This document shows positions 35,833-50,562 of a stretch of 64,000 nucleotides of DNA, piece after piece. How positions within the stretch are numbered: position 1 is the first letter of the stretch; the number at the start of each line of letters is the position of its first letter. A model generated the notes under the pieces. The model made no database searches. It was not told the DNA's origin and was given only the letters and a program-made list of their open reading frames with translations. This stretch comes from Monocercomonoides exilis PA203 (Eukaryota > Protista > Preaxostyla). A program made the position numbers and the translations under genes. The DNA lies in assembly GCA_001643675.2 (NCBI GenBank), contig LSRY02000023.1, positions 1,282,701 through 1,346,700 on the forward strand, in the 5' to 3' direction.

Positions 35833-38296
35833 AAATAGATATATAAATAATAAATCAATTTAATGAAAGATACGACAAAGAGGAAACAAAAGCGAAGAAC
35901 AATGAGGAGAAGAAAGAAACGATTGAACTTTTGAAAGATGAAAGATTTTGATGAACATGTTCATGAAATGGAAGAATTCTAAAATTTCTATCAGCAGAAT
36001 TGAGGAATCGAGGTAAGCTGCCTTGCTTTTCTCGAGCATGGGACAGCTACATTACCGAATGATGACATTAACTGCAACGTTAGCAATAACAAGAAAAACA
36101 ACGTAACTGTAAACCCTTTCCAAGCACATTTGTTCTGAAGACAATGAATGTGAGTCTATGATAACTAAACAGGCATTTCACATCAGAAACATCAAATTTG
36201 CCAACCACAAGAGATCGATTAAAAGCATAAAAGGACGCATGGCGCTGAATAAACAATCAAAAACATTAGTTATTTTCTGTTTGAGCTCAACAACGAGAGC
36301 ATAAGTTGGACCACGGGCGTCATATACAAATATTCAGAATAACATATTACAATCGATGAAATCTATTTAAAAAGTAAATAAAGAACTTCAAGTTTTTAGG
36401 CATTCAGACGAGAGCTTCTGTTGAGATATTTGTTTTTCCTTCCATAACCAGCTGGATTACCTGCGCACGACTTTGACTAATGAAACACAAGTTGCATAAT
36501 CACTCAAAACACCTGAAACAGAGCAAACAGATTTGAAAATTTTTAGAAATGAATCTTTTCAAATATGTATTTGCCTCATCAACTTTGCGCCTTGAAACAA
36601 TTCAAGCAACAGAAGTGGAGCAATCAGTGAAATAAAAAGCATTGACATATCACTACTTCGGACGACGATACAAAATGAACATACAGCACAGTTACGTTCG
36701 GAACAATGCAACATTCAAGTGTTTGCAGCATCAGTGAAGAAAGCGTCATGCTTCTCTCACGAAACTCAGCTTCTTCTAGCACGTTCATCACAGGTGGCTC
36801 TCGATTTTGTTCATTAAAGCTGCCAAAGTGGATAACTCAGCTTCCGCCTATGTATCTAGAGAACCAATTGCATTCGATAATAAAGATCATAATGACTAAT
36901 CTCCTGCTATAGCAACAGTTTTCTTCTCTTCGTTCATCAGTAGTACGAATAGGGAGCAGAGCGTTGTTTATCTACAGAAGGTGAAGATGTTATAGAATGT
37001 ATTCGAAAGAAAAGAAGATGCTTATTGAATATCTGGAAAATCACAAGAATTTAAAGCCTCAATGGAAACAAAATGCATTTTTCCTTTTAAATGGATGCAT
37101 CATAGTCTTTTATATTAAGCTTGCTATTTTTTCCTTTTTTCTTCGATTTCGGTAGCCTCATTGATGCCCTTCTTCTCTTCTTCTCTCTCTTTTCTCAACT
37201 TTATCTTTCTTCTTGTTTCACATATTCTCTTTTTTCTTCTTCACATTCTCTTACCACAATTCTTCTTCCATTTCTCAAATGAAGATACATCTGATTTTTA
37301 AAGAGTTTTATCATTTCTATTTATTCTTGATGCTTCAACAAAAGACAATGAAGAATCTTCTGTATCATCTTACGCAAATATCATCGTATGTCTCTTCTTC
37401 TCTTTCATACGAATTTCCTTTGTTTTTACATGTTCATTTCCTTTCTCCTGTCAAATTTTGACACAAAAATTTTTAATTGTGAATTACGATCACTATGTGA
37501 ATAATTATATTTTCAAATAAAAATATTAAAATTTGGGGATTTCTGAAATAAACTTTGGTCATATTATTTGAGTTATTTTTTGTATGTATTATGAGTAAAT
37601 TTTCTTTAACTACATGCATTTATCTTTTGTATTTTTTAACTTTAAATTATTTTTTTTGAATTGTGTTCATTTGAGTGACATTATTTAATATAAGTAATGT
37701 CATTTTATTCTGTTGTTCAAACAGCAAACGGAAGTGACAATGAAGAAGATTTAGATCATATGATTTTAACCATAGCTCCATATATTTGCTCAAAAACAAT
37801 CATGAATAAAACTGCAAATTCTTTTGATTGTATGAAAAGATTTTATTGCACTTAAAATTTAATATAACATCTCATGTAATTGAAGATTATCTTGTGCTTG
37901 ATGTTAACTTAAAGAAGCTTCCATTTTGTAAAGAAATTGTTCAAACTTTTTTGGATAATAATCATGTTTGTTTTCTTTTTGAGACGAAATAATCAAATTT
38001 TGTCTTTTATACGTTTTTAAGTTTTCTATTCTCGATACAGTAACTGTTGTGCATGCTTTGCTAACACCAACTCAATTTCCACTTTCAGTTTTTTCAAACA
38101 ATTCAATAAAGATGAAACTGGAAAAGTCTTTTGAAGAATATTCAAGTTTATCTGACACCAGAAGCATGCGGACATCCTCTCAAAAGAACCATTTGTTTTT
38201 ATTGCTAAAGCGAGTTGTTACTCTTATTAAAATAAAGCACAACAAGTCTGTTTCTTTTTTTTGCATTTTTTCAAGGATATTTGAAAATTTTTTTGT

Positions 38297-41200
38297 TTGT
38301 TTTCTAAAACAAACTTTACCAGAGGGACCAGAATTCCAGTTGTTCTTGTTGTTTCGAGCTCTGCAGTTGGGCTTGTAGATGCTTCGCCTTTGCCTTCGAA
38401 TAAGCAACAAGACAGCTGTTCTGTGCGCCAGCATCGCACCCATCCTTTCCGTGAAATCAGCACTGAGCTTGGCAAAGAACTCGCCAAAGCGCATTCTCTT
38501 CTCTTCATGTTCGCATCATCTCCGTCTTCTCCTTTAAATCCTGCTCCTTTCCCTTCAAAACAACCTCCGCCACATCCAAAAGCGTCTCTTTCTCACTCAC
38601 TTGCAAATCTCACAAGAAAGCCTTTGGCACACCCAGCTATCTTCGCCTTCCTCCTTTCTGCTGTCCCTGGTGCCTGCTTCTTCCTGTGCGATGATCTGCC
38701 TTCATTCAGAAGTGCTCTGTCGTATGCAGTGGATAGATGCCAGCTGATTGCGATGAATGCGCCGGGAGTGATGTTGATGGAGGGAGAGAGAGAGAAGGAG
38801 AATGAAGACAAAATAAGTGGAGATGAAGGAGAATTAATGAAACACGAACGAAATGGCTATGAGGAGGAAGAAGAAGAAGGCAGAGAAGGAAAGAAGAAAA
38901 CGAAAAAGAAGGGTTTAAAATTCAATCAGAAGAGAAAGCAAAAGACATCAAATTTAACTGAAGCTCAATCAAATTGCAGCAAAATGAGTCATTTGCAGTT
39001 TGCCTTTCCCATTCAGTCTGCCAACAGATCGATGTTTGGCTGGTGCTCTTTCGATAGAAGAGATGCATTTCCTTCTTCTTCCTCTTCCTCTTCCTCTTCT
39101 TATTCTCAGAACATTTATAATTCTCCCTCAAACTTTAGCGATTTCACAAAATTTTCCAAATTTTCTCCATTTTCTCCGATTTTGAAGCGGAAAAACGAAA
39201 ATCTGCAGAGTTTTGCGAGAAACACACAGGATTTGCCTTTTATTCCTCTTCCTCCTCTATTTGCCAATCAACTCCACAAATTCCAATTCTTCTTCGAAAA
39301 CACAAACTTAAACTCTTCTTCTTCTCTTTCGTCGTCGTCATCATCATCATTAACCTCTTCTCCTTCCAATCGTCTTTCCTTCCACTTCTTATTGCGTGAT
39401 CTTAATCAGCCAACTTTTTCTGCTCCTTCAGAAATCACTTCTGTTGTTCCTTTGAATGGAAGAGGAATTGAAGATGGCAATTCATTGAATGAAATAATAC
39501 GTTCTGCTTCTTTATCCACATCATCATCAATTTCATCATCATCTTCTTCTTCCCCTTCTTCTTCTTCCCTTCTCTCTGACCGTCTTCTCTCTCTCCTCTG
39601 CTTCCTCTTCTTCAAACTGGCTGCTCTGTGTGATGTTGTCATCAGAAGATGGGCACTCGACACAGACGAAGACGATGTGCTGTTTGTGGAGTCAGCAGCA
39701 AAGTGGGTGGAGGAAGGAGGGATGGAGAAGAGGAAGAGGAGGAAGAGGGAAAGAAGAGAGAGGAGGGAAAGGGAGGAGAAGGAGAAGGAGAAGGAGAAGA
39801 AGGAGGAGAAGGAGGAGAAAGAAAGGAAGGGAGAAGAAAATTTCATTCATTCATTTACACCTCAACACAACAAGACTTCTTCTTCTTCTTCTTCCTCTTT
39901 TCTTGAGCACAGCTGGCGGTTGAGTGACAATTCTGATGCAGAAAGTGACAGAGCCATTGCTTCTCCATTCATTTCTCGCTCGCCTCGCTCTTTTGCTTCT
40001 GTATCGCCTTCCCCCATTCATTCACATACCCATTCACTTTCTCATTCTATTTTATCATCATCATCTTCTTCCGCTTCTTCTTCATTGACTTCTTCTTTTT
40101 CTTCTGATCTTCCTCCTCTTCCCCCTCCTTCTTCATCTTCTTCCTCTTCATCTAAACTTCAATCTAATGAAAATGAAACCTCATTTTCTTCAAATTCCTC
40201 ATCTTCTTCTGTTTTGTCTACACCTTCTCATTCACCCAGCTTCAATGCTGTTTCTACACCTCAATCGATTTATCATTCAAAAAAAAGAGAAAGAAATATT
40301 TGTTCTATTAATTCCTCCTCCTCCTCCTCCTCTTCTTCTTCTAAACAACCAGATTCATTTCAATTAACTTCATTATCTTCTTCCTTTTCTTCTCCCTCTC
40401 CCTCTCTCTCTTCTTCCTCTTCCTCCTCTTCTTCCTTCTTTCCTTTCTCCATTTTTCCTTCTCCTTCTCTTCTGAATGCAATGAAAGTGAACACACTTCT
40501 TCATTTGGATTCAGTTTGCCAGCCATTTTTTGAATATTCTCATTTAAAAAAGGAGAAAAAGGAAAAAGAAGAAGAAGAAGAAAGAGAAGAAGAAGAAAGA
40601 GAAGAAGAAGAAAGAGAAGAAGAAGAAAGAGAAGAAGTAGAAAGAGAAGAAGAAAGAGGAAGAAAGAAAGGAAAAGGAAAAATGAAAGGAAAAGGAAAAG
40701 AAGAGGAAGAGGAAAGCGAAGAAGAAGAAGAAGAAGATTATGATTATGATTATGAAGATGAAGAAGAGGAAGATGATGATGAAGATAGAAAACGCAAAGG
40801 AAAAAGAAGTAAAACAAATAAAAAAGGAAAAAAGAAAACAGAAAAAAGCAAATTGAATTCAACAAGAAAGCAGAAAAACAGTCGAAAAAAGAAGAAATCT
40901 AAGAAAATTAGTAGAAATAAAAGAAAAGGAAAAAATGAAGAAGAAGAAGACGAAGAAGAAGATGATAACAATGAAAATGAAGGTGAAAGAAAAAAGAAAT
41001 CTCAATTAGAAGATGAAATGAAAGCCAATTCTTCTTCTTCTTCTTTCAGTGAAAAAAGGCTTTGCAAACATCGAATCTTTCCAGAAACACTTGATTATTC
41101 AGCTGCATTAAAAGAAATAACAAAAGGAGAGAAAGAGAAAGAGAAAGAGAAAGAAACGGGAAAAAATAAAAAGTCTAAAATAGGAAGTGCGAAACACGGA

Positions 41201-44200
41201 AGTGGAAGTGGAAGAGGAAGAAAAGAAGAGAAAGAAGAGAAAGACGACGGGTGTGTGATTTGTGTGATGCTTTCTGTGTTTGAAGAGTTGGTTGCATTTC
41301 TCAATGATTTTGAGGAAGAAACAAGGAAAAACATGGAAAGAATGAGGAGAAAGAGGGAAGAAAGAGAAGAGAAAGAAGAGAAAGAAGAAGAAGAAGAAGA
41401 AGAAAAAGGAGGAGGAGAAGAAGATTATGATAATGATTTTATTCTTCCTTCTTCGTATCATTTTCTGGCGGCTGCGTCTGCTTTGATTAATCTGCCACAC
41501 AACTCTTTCTTTGCCGGCAAAAATGAAACAGAATTTCTTTCTCCTTTCTCTTCCCTCTCTCTCAAACATTCTTCTTCTTCTTCTTCTCCCTCCTCCTCCT
41601 CTTCTTATTTCCCTTCTTTCTCTCTTCTCCTTCGTCTTCTTTCTTCTTCTTCTTCTCTTTTAATCAGAACTCTTCCTCTTCAATGTGTCTGCCCTGTCAT
41701 CCGTGTTGATGGTAGCAAACACCCAAAATATAAATTTAGTGGAGAAGAAGGAGAGAAAGAAGAGAAAGAAGAGAAAGAAGAAGAAAAGGAAGAGAAAAAG
41801 GAGAAAGAGGAAGGAAAAGAAGAAGAAGAAGAAGAGAAATATTCCAAAGAGAAAATTGATTTTTCGTTTATTTCTTGTTTGTTTTCTCGATCAGAAAAAT
41901 ATTTTTGTCATTTTGTTGACAAAAGAGAAGGAACGAAGAGTTTTGATGAAGAATTATTTGGATGCGAAAGAAGGAAATGTTGTGTGATTGTGGAAGATGA
42001 AGAGAAGAAAGAGAAGGAAGAGGAGAAGGAGAAGGAGAAAGAGAAAGAAGAAGAAGAAGAAGAAGAGAAGGAGAAAAAGGAAGAAGGAAAAGGAAAAGAG
42101 GAGGAAGAAGAAGAGAAGGAAGAGAATGAGAAAAGGAAAGAGACAGAGAAAGAGACAGATAGAGGAAATGATGATAATAAAATTAGACAGAAAATGGAAG
42201 AACAAGAAAAACAAGAGGAAAGAGAAGAAATAGAAGAAGAAGATGATGCATTAAATGAGAAGAATAAAGAAGAAGAAGAAGAAGAAGAAGAAGAAGAAAA
42301 AGAAGAAGATGATGATGAAGGTGATGATGAAGAAAAGAGAGAAATAAGAAATTCATTGCCAAACACACAAAATGAAGTAATTTCATCTGAAGATGAATAT
42401 TCTCTAAATAAATCAAATGAACATCAAAATTCTTCATCTGAAGGGAAGAAGCGAACAAACAAACAAGAATTCATCAGAATTGGATTTATCATCTCTTCTG
42501 ACACATTGCTAACTGCACCTTTGCATCTTTCTTCTCTTTCTTCTTCTTCTTCTTCCGCTTCTGCTTCAGCTTCCTCTTCCTCCTCTTCTCTTTCTTCTTC
42601 TTCTTCTCCAAACAATCAACATTTGTATCATTTCTCTTTGGATGGCCCAACTTTGCTTTCTTCTGCCAAACGAGCTATCAAAAAGCATCTTTCAAAAATT
42701 GCTTCTTCCTCTTCCTCTTCCTCTTTTTCTTCTCCATTAAATTCTTCTACTCTTTCTTCTCTTTCTTCCATCTCTTCCTCCACTCCAACCAAACCCACCA
42801 AAAACATCAGCAATTCAGAAGGAGGAGTTCATATTCTCCACATTCTTATCCAAAGAAGCGACGAAATTTGGTTTCTGACTGATTTGTCTGTCTCTCTCTC
42901 TGAGCCACGCTTTGCTTGCTCTGCTGTTCTGATTGAGGAAGGAGAGGAGAAAGAAGGATTAGAAGGAAAAGAAAGAGAGAAAAAGAAGGAAGAAAAAGAG
43001 AAGGAGAAAGAAGATAATTTCGAAGAAAAGGAAGAAAGTGAAGTTAAACGTGAAACTGTTAATTTCTCTTCTTCTTCTTCCTCTTCTCTTTCTTCTCTTT
43101 CTTCTTCTTCTCCAAACAGAACAGGTGTGTTGAGAGGTGTTCAATTTCTGTCTCTCTTCCATCGTTTTCCATACATCAGAGCTCTTCTGCCTTCTTCTGA
43201 CACACAAACAGTTTCTGATGAAAGTTTAATGGCTGATTCTTCTTCCTCTTCATCCACCTTATCGTCGTCGTCGTCGTCATCATCATCTTCTTCTCCTCAA
43301 ATGCTTCATCCACATTCTAATCTGGGTCCTTTCCCTTGTGTTCTCTTTGACGACACAACTCTTCTTTTCTCTCTTCCTCTTTCTTCTCTTCATCCATTTG
43401 CATCTTCTTCTTCCTCTTCCTCTTCTTCTTCCTCATCTTCTTCCTCATCTTCCTCCTCCTCCTCTTCCTCTCCTTCTTCTCCTTCTCTCAAACTTGACTG
43501 TATTGTTCTCGAATGTTTTGAAAAGCCATCTGCTGAAGTGGATGCTCCGATGTGTGTCATCAACACAAAATGTCCTCTTCCTTCGCTGTTGATTGAGGAA
43601 TGTGAGGAGATGATGAAGAAGGAAGAGGAGGAAAAGGAAAAAGAAAAGGAAAGAGAAAGAGAAGAATTATTGAAGAAGAAAGAAGAGGAAGAAAGAGAAA
43701 GAGAAGCCAAAAAGAAAGAAGAAGAAGAGATTGAAAGAAAGAGAAGAGAAGACGAAGAGAATCAAAAGAAGAAAGAAGAAGAAGAAGCAAAGAAGAAAGA
43801 GAAGGAAGAAGAAGAAGATGAAGAGGAGGAGGAGGAAGAAGAGGAAGAAGAATCAGAAGAAACAGAGATGGTTTGCTTATCAATTCCTGTGAATTCGCGA
43901 GAGAGCAAAGAATTGTGGATGAATGTTGATGCAAATGATCAACAGATGAATGAAGCAGTGGAATTGTTCTGTGAAAGGAACAAGATTAAAAAGAAGCAGA
44001 AAGAGCAGATTAAACAGAAAGTGAAGAAGGAAATAGAAGAAATAAGAAGAAGGAAGGAGAAAATGATTGAGAATGAAAAGAAGGAGAAGGAGGAGAAAGA
44101 AGGGGAGAAAGAAGAGGAGAAAGAGAAAGAAGATGAAGATGAGGAGAAGGAAGAAGAAGAAAAAGAAAAATCAATTCAAAAGAAGGAAGAAGAAGAAGAA

Positions 44201-44605
44201 GGAGAGAATGAAGAAGCAATCGCTGAAAGTGAAGGAGATGATAGTTTGACAGTCAGCTCTGATTCAAATAGCGAAGAGGCACAATTGACTGAAGAAGTGA
44301 AAGAAGAGGAGAAAAGAATGGAAGAGGAAGGAGAAGGAGAAGAAAAGGAGAAAGAAAGAGAAAAAGACGAGGAACGTGAAGAAGGTGAAGAGAACAAAGA
44401 AGAGAAATCAAAAGTTATTTCAGAGGCAGAATTAACAGACAATGATGAGCAGCAGCAGCAGACACACAAAAGCGAAAAGAAGAAGAAGAAGAAGAGAGAA
44501 TATTCGACTGTGCAGATTGATGTGCCTTTGGAAGAAGGAGAGACAGCTGCGTTGATTGTGCCATTCTCTTTTGAGAGGAAGAAAACAAGCAGAGAGGAAG
44601 AGAAG

Positions 44606-44638
<33 letters not shown>

Positions 44639-46711
44639 AGTGAAGATGAGAATGAAAGAGAAGAGAAAGAGAAAGAGGAAAGAAGAACGCTTGTTCATGC
44701 ATTTTGCATGGAGCATAATTTTGAAGGGAAAAAAGAAGAGATTTTGGAGAAGAAAGTGGAGAAGTTTGTTGAGGAAGCAAGAAGAAGGAAAGAAAACGAG
44801 GAAGAAGGAGAAGAAGAGGAAAAAGAAGAGGAAAATGAAAAAGAAGAAAGAGACAAAGAGAAGAAAGGAAAAGAAGAGAGAAAGAGCAAAAGCAAGCTAA
44901 ATGAGGCGAATGATGCGAGCAGGGCAGTTATGGATGCTGAGCTGAAGAGAAGGCAGCAGATGGCAGAAGAGAGAAGGAACGAGAAGAAGAAGATGAACGA
45001 GAAGAAGATGAACGAGAAGAAGATGAAGGAATTGGAGAAAGAGAGGAGGAGGAAAGAGAAGGAGAAGGAGAAAGAGGAAGCATTACAGAAGATGAGGGAG
45101 GAGCAGAAGAAGAGAGAAGAAAAACATAATCAGCTGAAGCAAGAAGCAGAGAGGAAGAAAGAGGAGAGGCAGAAGGAGCTGAAGAGGAAAGAAGAGGAGA
45201 AAAAGGAAGAGAGGAAGAAAGAGGCAGAACGGAAGAAGAAAGAAGAGGAAGAAAGAAGAAAAGCGATTCCTGTGATCAAAAGAGACCCTGCGCTTTCTTC
45301 TTCTCCTTCTTCCTCTTCGTTTCGCGCTTCTTCTTTGCCTCGTGTGGCGCTTCTGGGCAAGCGAACATCACGTGCGGCAACAAAAGAAGCTTCATCCTCT
45401 CCGCCTCCTCCTCCAAAGCGCAGAAGAAACACTTCCACCCCTCCTCCTCTTCCCCGCGTCGCCTCGCTGCGCCTTTTGGCATCCAGAAATCGCTCTGTTT
45501 CTCCACTCCATTCAACTCCCACACAACAGTACAATTCTGGATCACGCTCGTCCCGTTTTGTCAGCAAGGATTTCTTGCCTCGTGTTGCGCTGATGCGGTA
45601 CAGCACACCCGATGCTCTGTCTACTCCTTCTGCATCTTCTTCCACCCCCAATTCTCGCTCTCGTAGGCGTAGAAGATCGCTTCCTCCGCTTCCGCGTGTT
45701 GCGCAACTGGCATCGATCCGCCCATCTGAGTCTCAACAGCAGACGCCTTCTTCTTCTGCTGCTGGCTTCTTTGCCTCTCCGTTTTCCAGCACAAAATGTG
45801 GCTTCCACAGCTTCTGTGGCAACCAGCCAGCAGGCAAAGCGCCGTGGATACCAGCAGGGTCAGTGAGTGGGTGGAGCGAGCAGAGAGACAGAGAGTCGTT
45901 TGGGCTGGCGCTGATGCCGGGGAAGAGATGGATAGGATTGGAAGAGGAAGAGGAAGAGGATGAGAGAGATGGAGAAGGAGAGGAAGGGAAAAGGGAGAGG
46001 AGGAAGAAGAGAAAGGAGAGGAAAGAGAAGAGAAGAGAGGAAAGCGAAGAAGTTGAGAGTGTTGATAGCACTGAATCAAATGGTGGGTTCGATATTTTTG
46101 CGCAATACAAACTGAAAAAGAAGCTAAGCACACACAAAAAGCAGGAAACAAAACGAGAAAAGAGCGAAGTCAAGATGGAAAGAACTGGAAATGCAGAGGG
46201 CATTCAAGAAAGTGCAAAGAAAAACACCCAACAAGCAGAGTATCGCACTCACCCTGCTTCTGCTCCTCTTTCTGTTCGGCCTCATTCAACGCCTCACACT
46301 CCTTTCACTCCTCAGCAAGGATTCAATTCGATTTCTTCTTCTTCTTCTTCTTCTTCTTCTTCTTCTTCTTCCTCTTCCTCCTCTTCTTCCACCCCTCGCA
46401 CTCGCACTTCCCGTGGGATTCCGTTGACTCCGCTCAATTCCTATCACCCAGGATTCCTTCTTCTGACGGACATTCGCTTTCAACCAGAACATAAATTTCC
46501 ACCAAGCGCTGCGATGAAAAGAGCAAGAAGTGCTGAAAGGGCAAGCGAATCAGAAAAGGAGAAAAGGAGAAAGGGAGGAAGAGGTAGAAGAAGAAGAGGG
46601 AGAGGTGAAGAGAGAGGAAGTGAAAGAAATGAAATGAACAATTTGAATGAAGAGGAGTTTGAGTTTACGGGGAAAAAGGAGAAAAGTCAAAGACTCGAAC
46701 ACAATGTGTGA
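38297..46711 (+). CDS. Very large low-complexity Glu/Lys/Ser-rich hypothetical protein (true start uncertain)
   Basis: 8.4-kb open frame with alternating poly-Ser and poly-Glu/Lys blocks, and repeated LPRVA motifs near the C-terminus. Confidence 0.75.
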
Positions 46712-47246
46712 TGAAGAGTTTGACAATTTGTATGAAATTGCACTGATTAAAAAAAGGAATGAAAGAAAAAGAAAAAGAAGCAGCTTAGTCGGTTTTTAAT
46801 TGAAACGATGTTAATTGATAATCTTTCTCCATGTCTGACGCTTCATATTTTTAATCTCGAATTTATCTTTTTCTTGTCTATTCAAAGAATGACGGACTTT
46901 GTGTCTATCACTAAATGCTTATTTGTTTGATTGCGCTTGTTTTTTCAAATCGTTTCATTTCTTTTCCAATGCTTATTTTTTTAGTTTTTCGTTCTTTTTG
47001 AGAGCTCATGATTAATTGGCTGAAGTTCCGTTTGAATGTGTATTATGTTCACTTCATGCACATTTTCGGACGTTGTACAAATTCAAAAGTTAGTCACAAT
47101 CGATCTTTTTGTTTTAAAATTCAAGTTATTTTTCCAAATTCTGGTTTTATGACAAATGATGTGCTCGATACATTGAAAAAATCTAAAGACAAGTGAAATA
47201 TTTATTCCGAAAAACAAAACGCAATTCATCTCATTTTCTCAAACAT

Positions 47247-48560
47247 TCACAAGAAATCTGCAATGCTCCATGAAAAATGTCCAGTACTATCTTTCCATAA
47301 AATCAACTTCATTAAGCTTATGATGGCGTCTTCGTATCCTTCTTCTTCCATCTTTTCCAAAAACTCCTTTTTTAAGACTTTTCTTTTCATTTCATCATTT
47401 ACCATTTTCTTCTTTCCTTTCAATCGCTTCGAAACATTCAAAAAGAAGTGCAAGCATCCACATGTTTCAAATTCATTCAATGTTGGTCGTTGAATTTCCT
47501 CCAAAACAGCATCAACAGCTCCTCCTTTCAATAAGATGTCAACTTCTACCGCTCTATTATCAGCTGCTGCTCTAAATAAAAAATTGCAATAAGAGTGAAT
47601 TTCTTTGTAATTATCTCTTGATGCTCTTAACACCCAAGCAATACTTCCGAAAAGACCAATTAATTCTTCATTTCTCGAACGACATTTGCGAAAATATATC
47701 TCCAATGTTTTGAACCATCTTAATAAAATTAGCTCTTCTTTTTCTTTTCCTCGTTCCACTTCATTTTTCTCCCAATCCACACATTTTGATAGCTCTTCCA
47801 GTTCTCTTGTTGTCACTCTTGCATAATGCAGTTCATTCACAATCACTTCTTCCAAGCTTCTGTCATATCTCAATCTGGACATAAAAAATAGCCAAGCAGA
47901 CTGATAAGCAAGTCTTGTAAGATTTCTGCGTTCCTGTTGATGTTTGATGATTTCATTTATTTCCTTCAAATACAGTTCTTGTTCAACATCCTATTAATAA
48001 AAAATGATGAAAATAATAAAATGATATCAAAAAGGAAATAACAACGTTCATACATAAAATTGGTCAACACAACTCAAAGCCAATAAAGCCTTTTCCACTT
48101 CTTTTTGAGCTTTCTCGTTTTCATCTTTCTTCAATGCAACTTTCAGAAGGAAACGCATGCAAATTGTAAGTAATTCATAAGGTGATCCGTTTTTAAGCAA
48201 AAGATAGCATTCACAACTATCAATTAAAAGCTTTTCGTTCTTTTCTTCATTTTTCTCATCTTCATCTACAATCATTTTCTCAAATCTTCCGCGTAGCAAA
48301 GAACTATTAAAGCCATAACCCAACCAGTCCAAAAGAACTTTTCAATATCCCAAGTGCTTCAGTAACCCCATTGCATTTTCCATTTTAATTTTCTCTTCTT
48401 CAATCATTTTGTTAATTTGATTGAAAAATTCTTTGGTGAAAATGGATTTAAATCCTTCTCTGTCCATATATTCCACAATTTCGTTCATTTCTTCGATTTT
48501 CAGTTTTTACTCGTCCTCATCGCAATCTTCAAGTTCGGAAAACAATTCTTCAAAAAATTG
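47247..48560 (-). pseudogene. Disrupted paralogue of the 18619-20035 family
   Basis: Same motifs and equivalent intron (47991-48053), but in-frame stops TAA (48507-48509) and TGA (48342-48344) in exon 1. Confidence 0.75.
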
Positions 48561-50370
48561 AAAAAAGAAAGAATCATCTGCAATATATATCAATTATGAT
48601 TGCATGCCAGTGGACTTTTTTGTGTTTTCTGTTTCCTGTATTTTTGAAAATATGTTGAAAACATTAAACAACAAAATTTTGATCATTCATATTGAATTCG
48701 TATATATTTAAATGGAGAAATTGATGAAATATAAAAACTCATAAAAGACAAAAAAATATATGCATTCACGCCATTCTATCTTGTGCGACATTTTCGATTT
48801 GTAATTGCAAAGATACAGAACGCTTTGTCTTTTCACTTTGATGTTATGGTTGCAATGATCGAATTATTTACTTTGAACTGGAATGAAATTGCGCAGAATA
48901 AGAATTCCGTATGTGAGCGTTACCTGTTGAACTAGAAATATTATTTTCTATTTCGACATGGATGCTCGGAAAGATATTCCCAACGACGAAATTTTGTCAG
49001 ATTATTTTTGACAATTGGATTGCCAGGAGGAATACAACAATTTTGAAGATAGCAAAAAAGATGTAGTGTATGTGATTTTTATTGTTCTGTTTGTTGTGAA
49101 GGTATTTCCATCTGTATCCTTTCCAAAGCCTGGGAATCCGAATAATTGTTGAAATGGCCAATCTCCGCTTTGTGGAGCAATACGATGTGAATGGAGCTTA
49201 TTATTGTATAGACATTGGGAAATAAATGAAGTTGCGCAATATACATGAATTTCATGATTTTTATTTGGAACAAGAGATGAAAACAAATTCAACTGATGTT
49301 TAAAAAATGAAGATTTTTTGATGGTATTCTGTGAAGGACAAAATCTGCACAATATTGCATAGCATTTTGGAATGTTAGGCAGGGAGAGCAGTTTGGGGTA
49401 TTTTTTGGCAAGGAAAGTGGCTGGCAATATCGAGGGAAGGATATTTATCACAAAAAAGGCAAGAATTCAATGGAAAAAAGGAGAACCCCAAAATATCAGT
49501 TTTATTTATAAGGTTTTCCTGTTTCTCGGACTGCGCTGGGCAGACATGGAAAGCGATGAAATTCTATTTCTGATTCCGCTTTTGCTTCAAAAGAAAGGAG
49601 AAACAACAACTGCGAGACATTCAATTGTTAAGTATTTTTTAGCAATCGAAGGGCATTCACGTCAGCCGCTTTTGGATTTCATTTTTCGAAGGTTCAGCCA
49701 TTTTGAACAAAAGAGGCAATTTTATATTGAAACATATTTCCTTCGGAGTTGGTGCAATGGAAGAGAAATTGGAGTCATCATCCTATTCAACCTTCATCGT
49801 CATTCAACAGAATGCTTATTATTGCATCCCTTTTATATGTTTGTGCATGTGCCATTGGCTTTCTCCTCTTGAACGTCGAAGAATTAGTTTCTTCCAGACT
49901 GTGATATGCAACACGAGCACAGCTGAATGAATGCCGACTTTTTTCATCTATCTTCGTCAGAGTTGAAATGAAGAACAGCAAACTCCTTCAATTCATAATC
50001 ATCGCATCTTTCCTTCGTCTTCCAAGCATTTCATTGGCTTCTGATTGTTTTCACTCACACAGGCCAAAGAGTTGTACACTTCAAACACAAAAGACGAATT
50101 TCTTCATTCTTCTTCAACAGCTTCACTTCATCTTCCTTTGTCGTCCAATTTTCTTTTTCTCCATCTTCTCTTTCGTTGGCTCATAATCCTCAACTAAAAC
50201 AACGATTTTCTGTTTATCTGTATTTCTTCGAAGCTTCTTCATTTTCTTCTTCTCAGTTGTCTTTTTCTGCATTTCCATTTTTTATCTTTTCTTTCACTGA
50301 ATGGAAAAGCATCAATTTCAGTATCGTTTCAAGTTCAAGCAGCAGACAATAAAACCTCCCCAAACTGATT

Positions 50371-50562
50371 TCTTCTTCTTCTTCTTCTTCTTCTTCTTCT
50401 TCTTCTTCTTCTTCTTCTTCTTCTTCTTCTTCTTCTTCTTCTTCTTCTTCTTCTTTTTCTTCTTCCTCTTCTTCCTCTTCTTTATTCTTCTCATATAATG
50501 CATCATCTTCTTCTTCTATTTCTTCTCTTTCCTCTTGTTTTTCTTGTTCTTCCATTTTCTGT
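50371..50562. repeat. (TTC)n tract plus inverted copy of 42187-42300
   Basis: Minus strand reads MEEQEKQEEREEIEEEDDALYEKNKEEE; the 2804-aa ORF has MEEQEKQEEREEIEEEDDALNEKNKEEE. Confidence 0.85.

Noticed and set aside
35379-35858. 159-aa FILFY-repeat ORF
   Set aside because: Translation of the (AAAAT)n microsatellite.
38593-46492. Numerous antisense and alternate-frame ORFs over the 2804-aa gene (also over CK1, the EF-hand gene and the repeat gene)
   Set aside because: Shadows of stop-poor low-complexity or repetitive coding sequence.
14885-48509. In-frame TAA codons suggesting TAA/TAG=Gln recoding as in some oxymonads
   Set aside because: RPS3A, rep and cap end in TAA, long ORFs contain no internal TAA/TAG, and the affected pseudogene also has a TGA; ordinary nonsense mutations explain it.
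48700-50200. Decayed coding-like region faintly similar to 8600-8830 (minus strand)
   Set aside because: Similarity limited to a few residues; no product can be supported.
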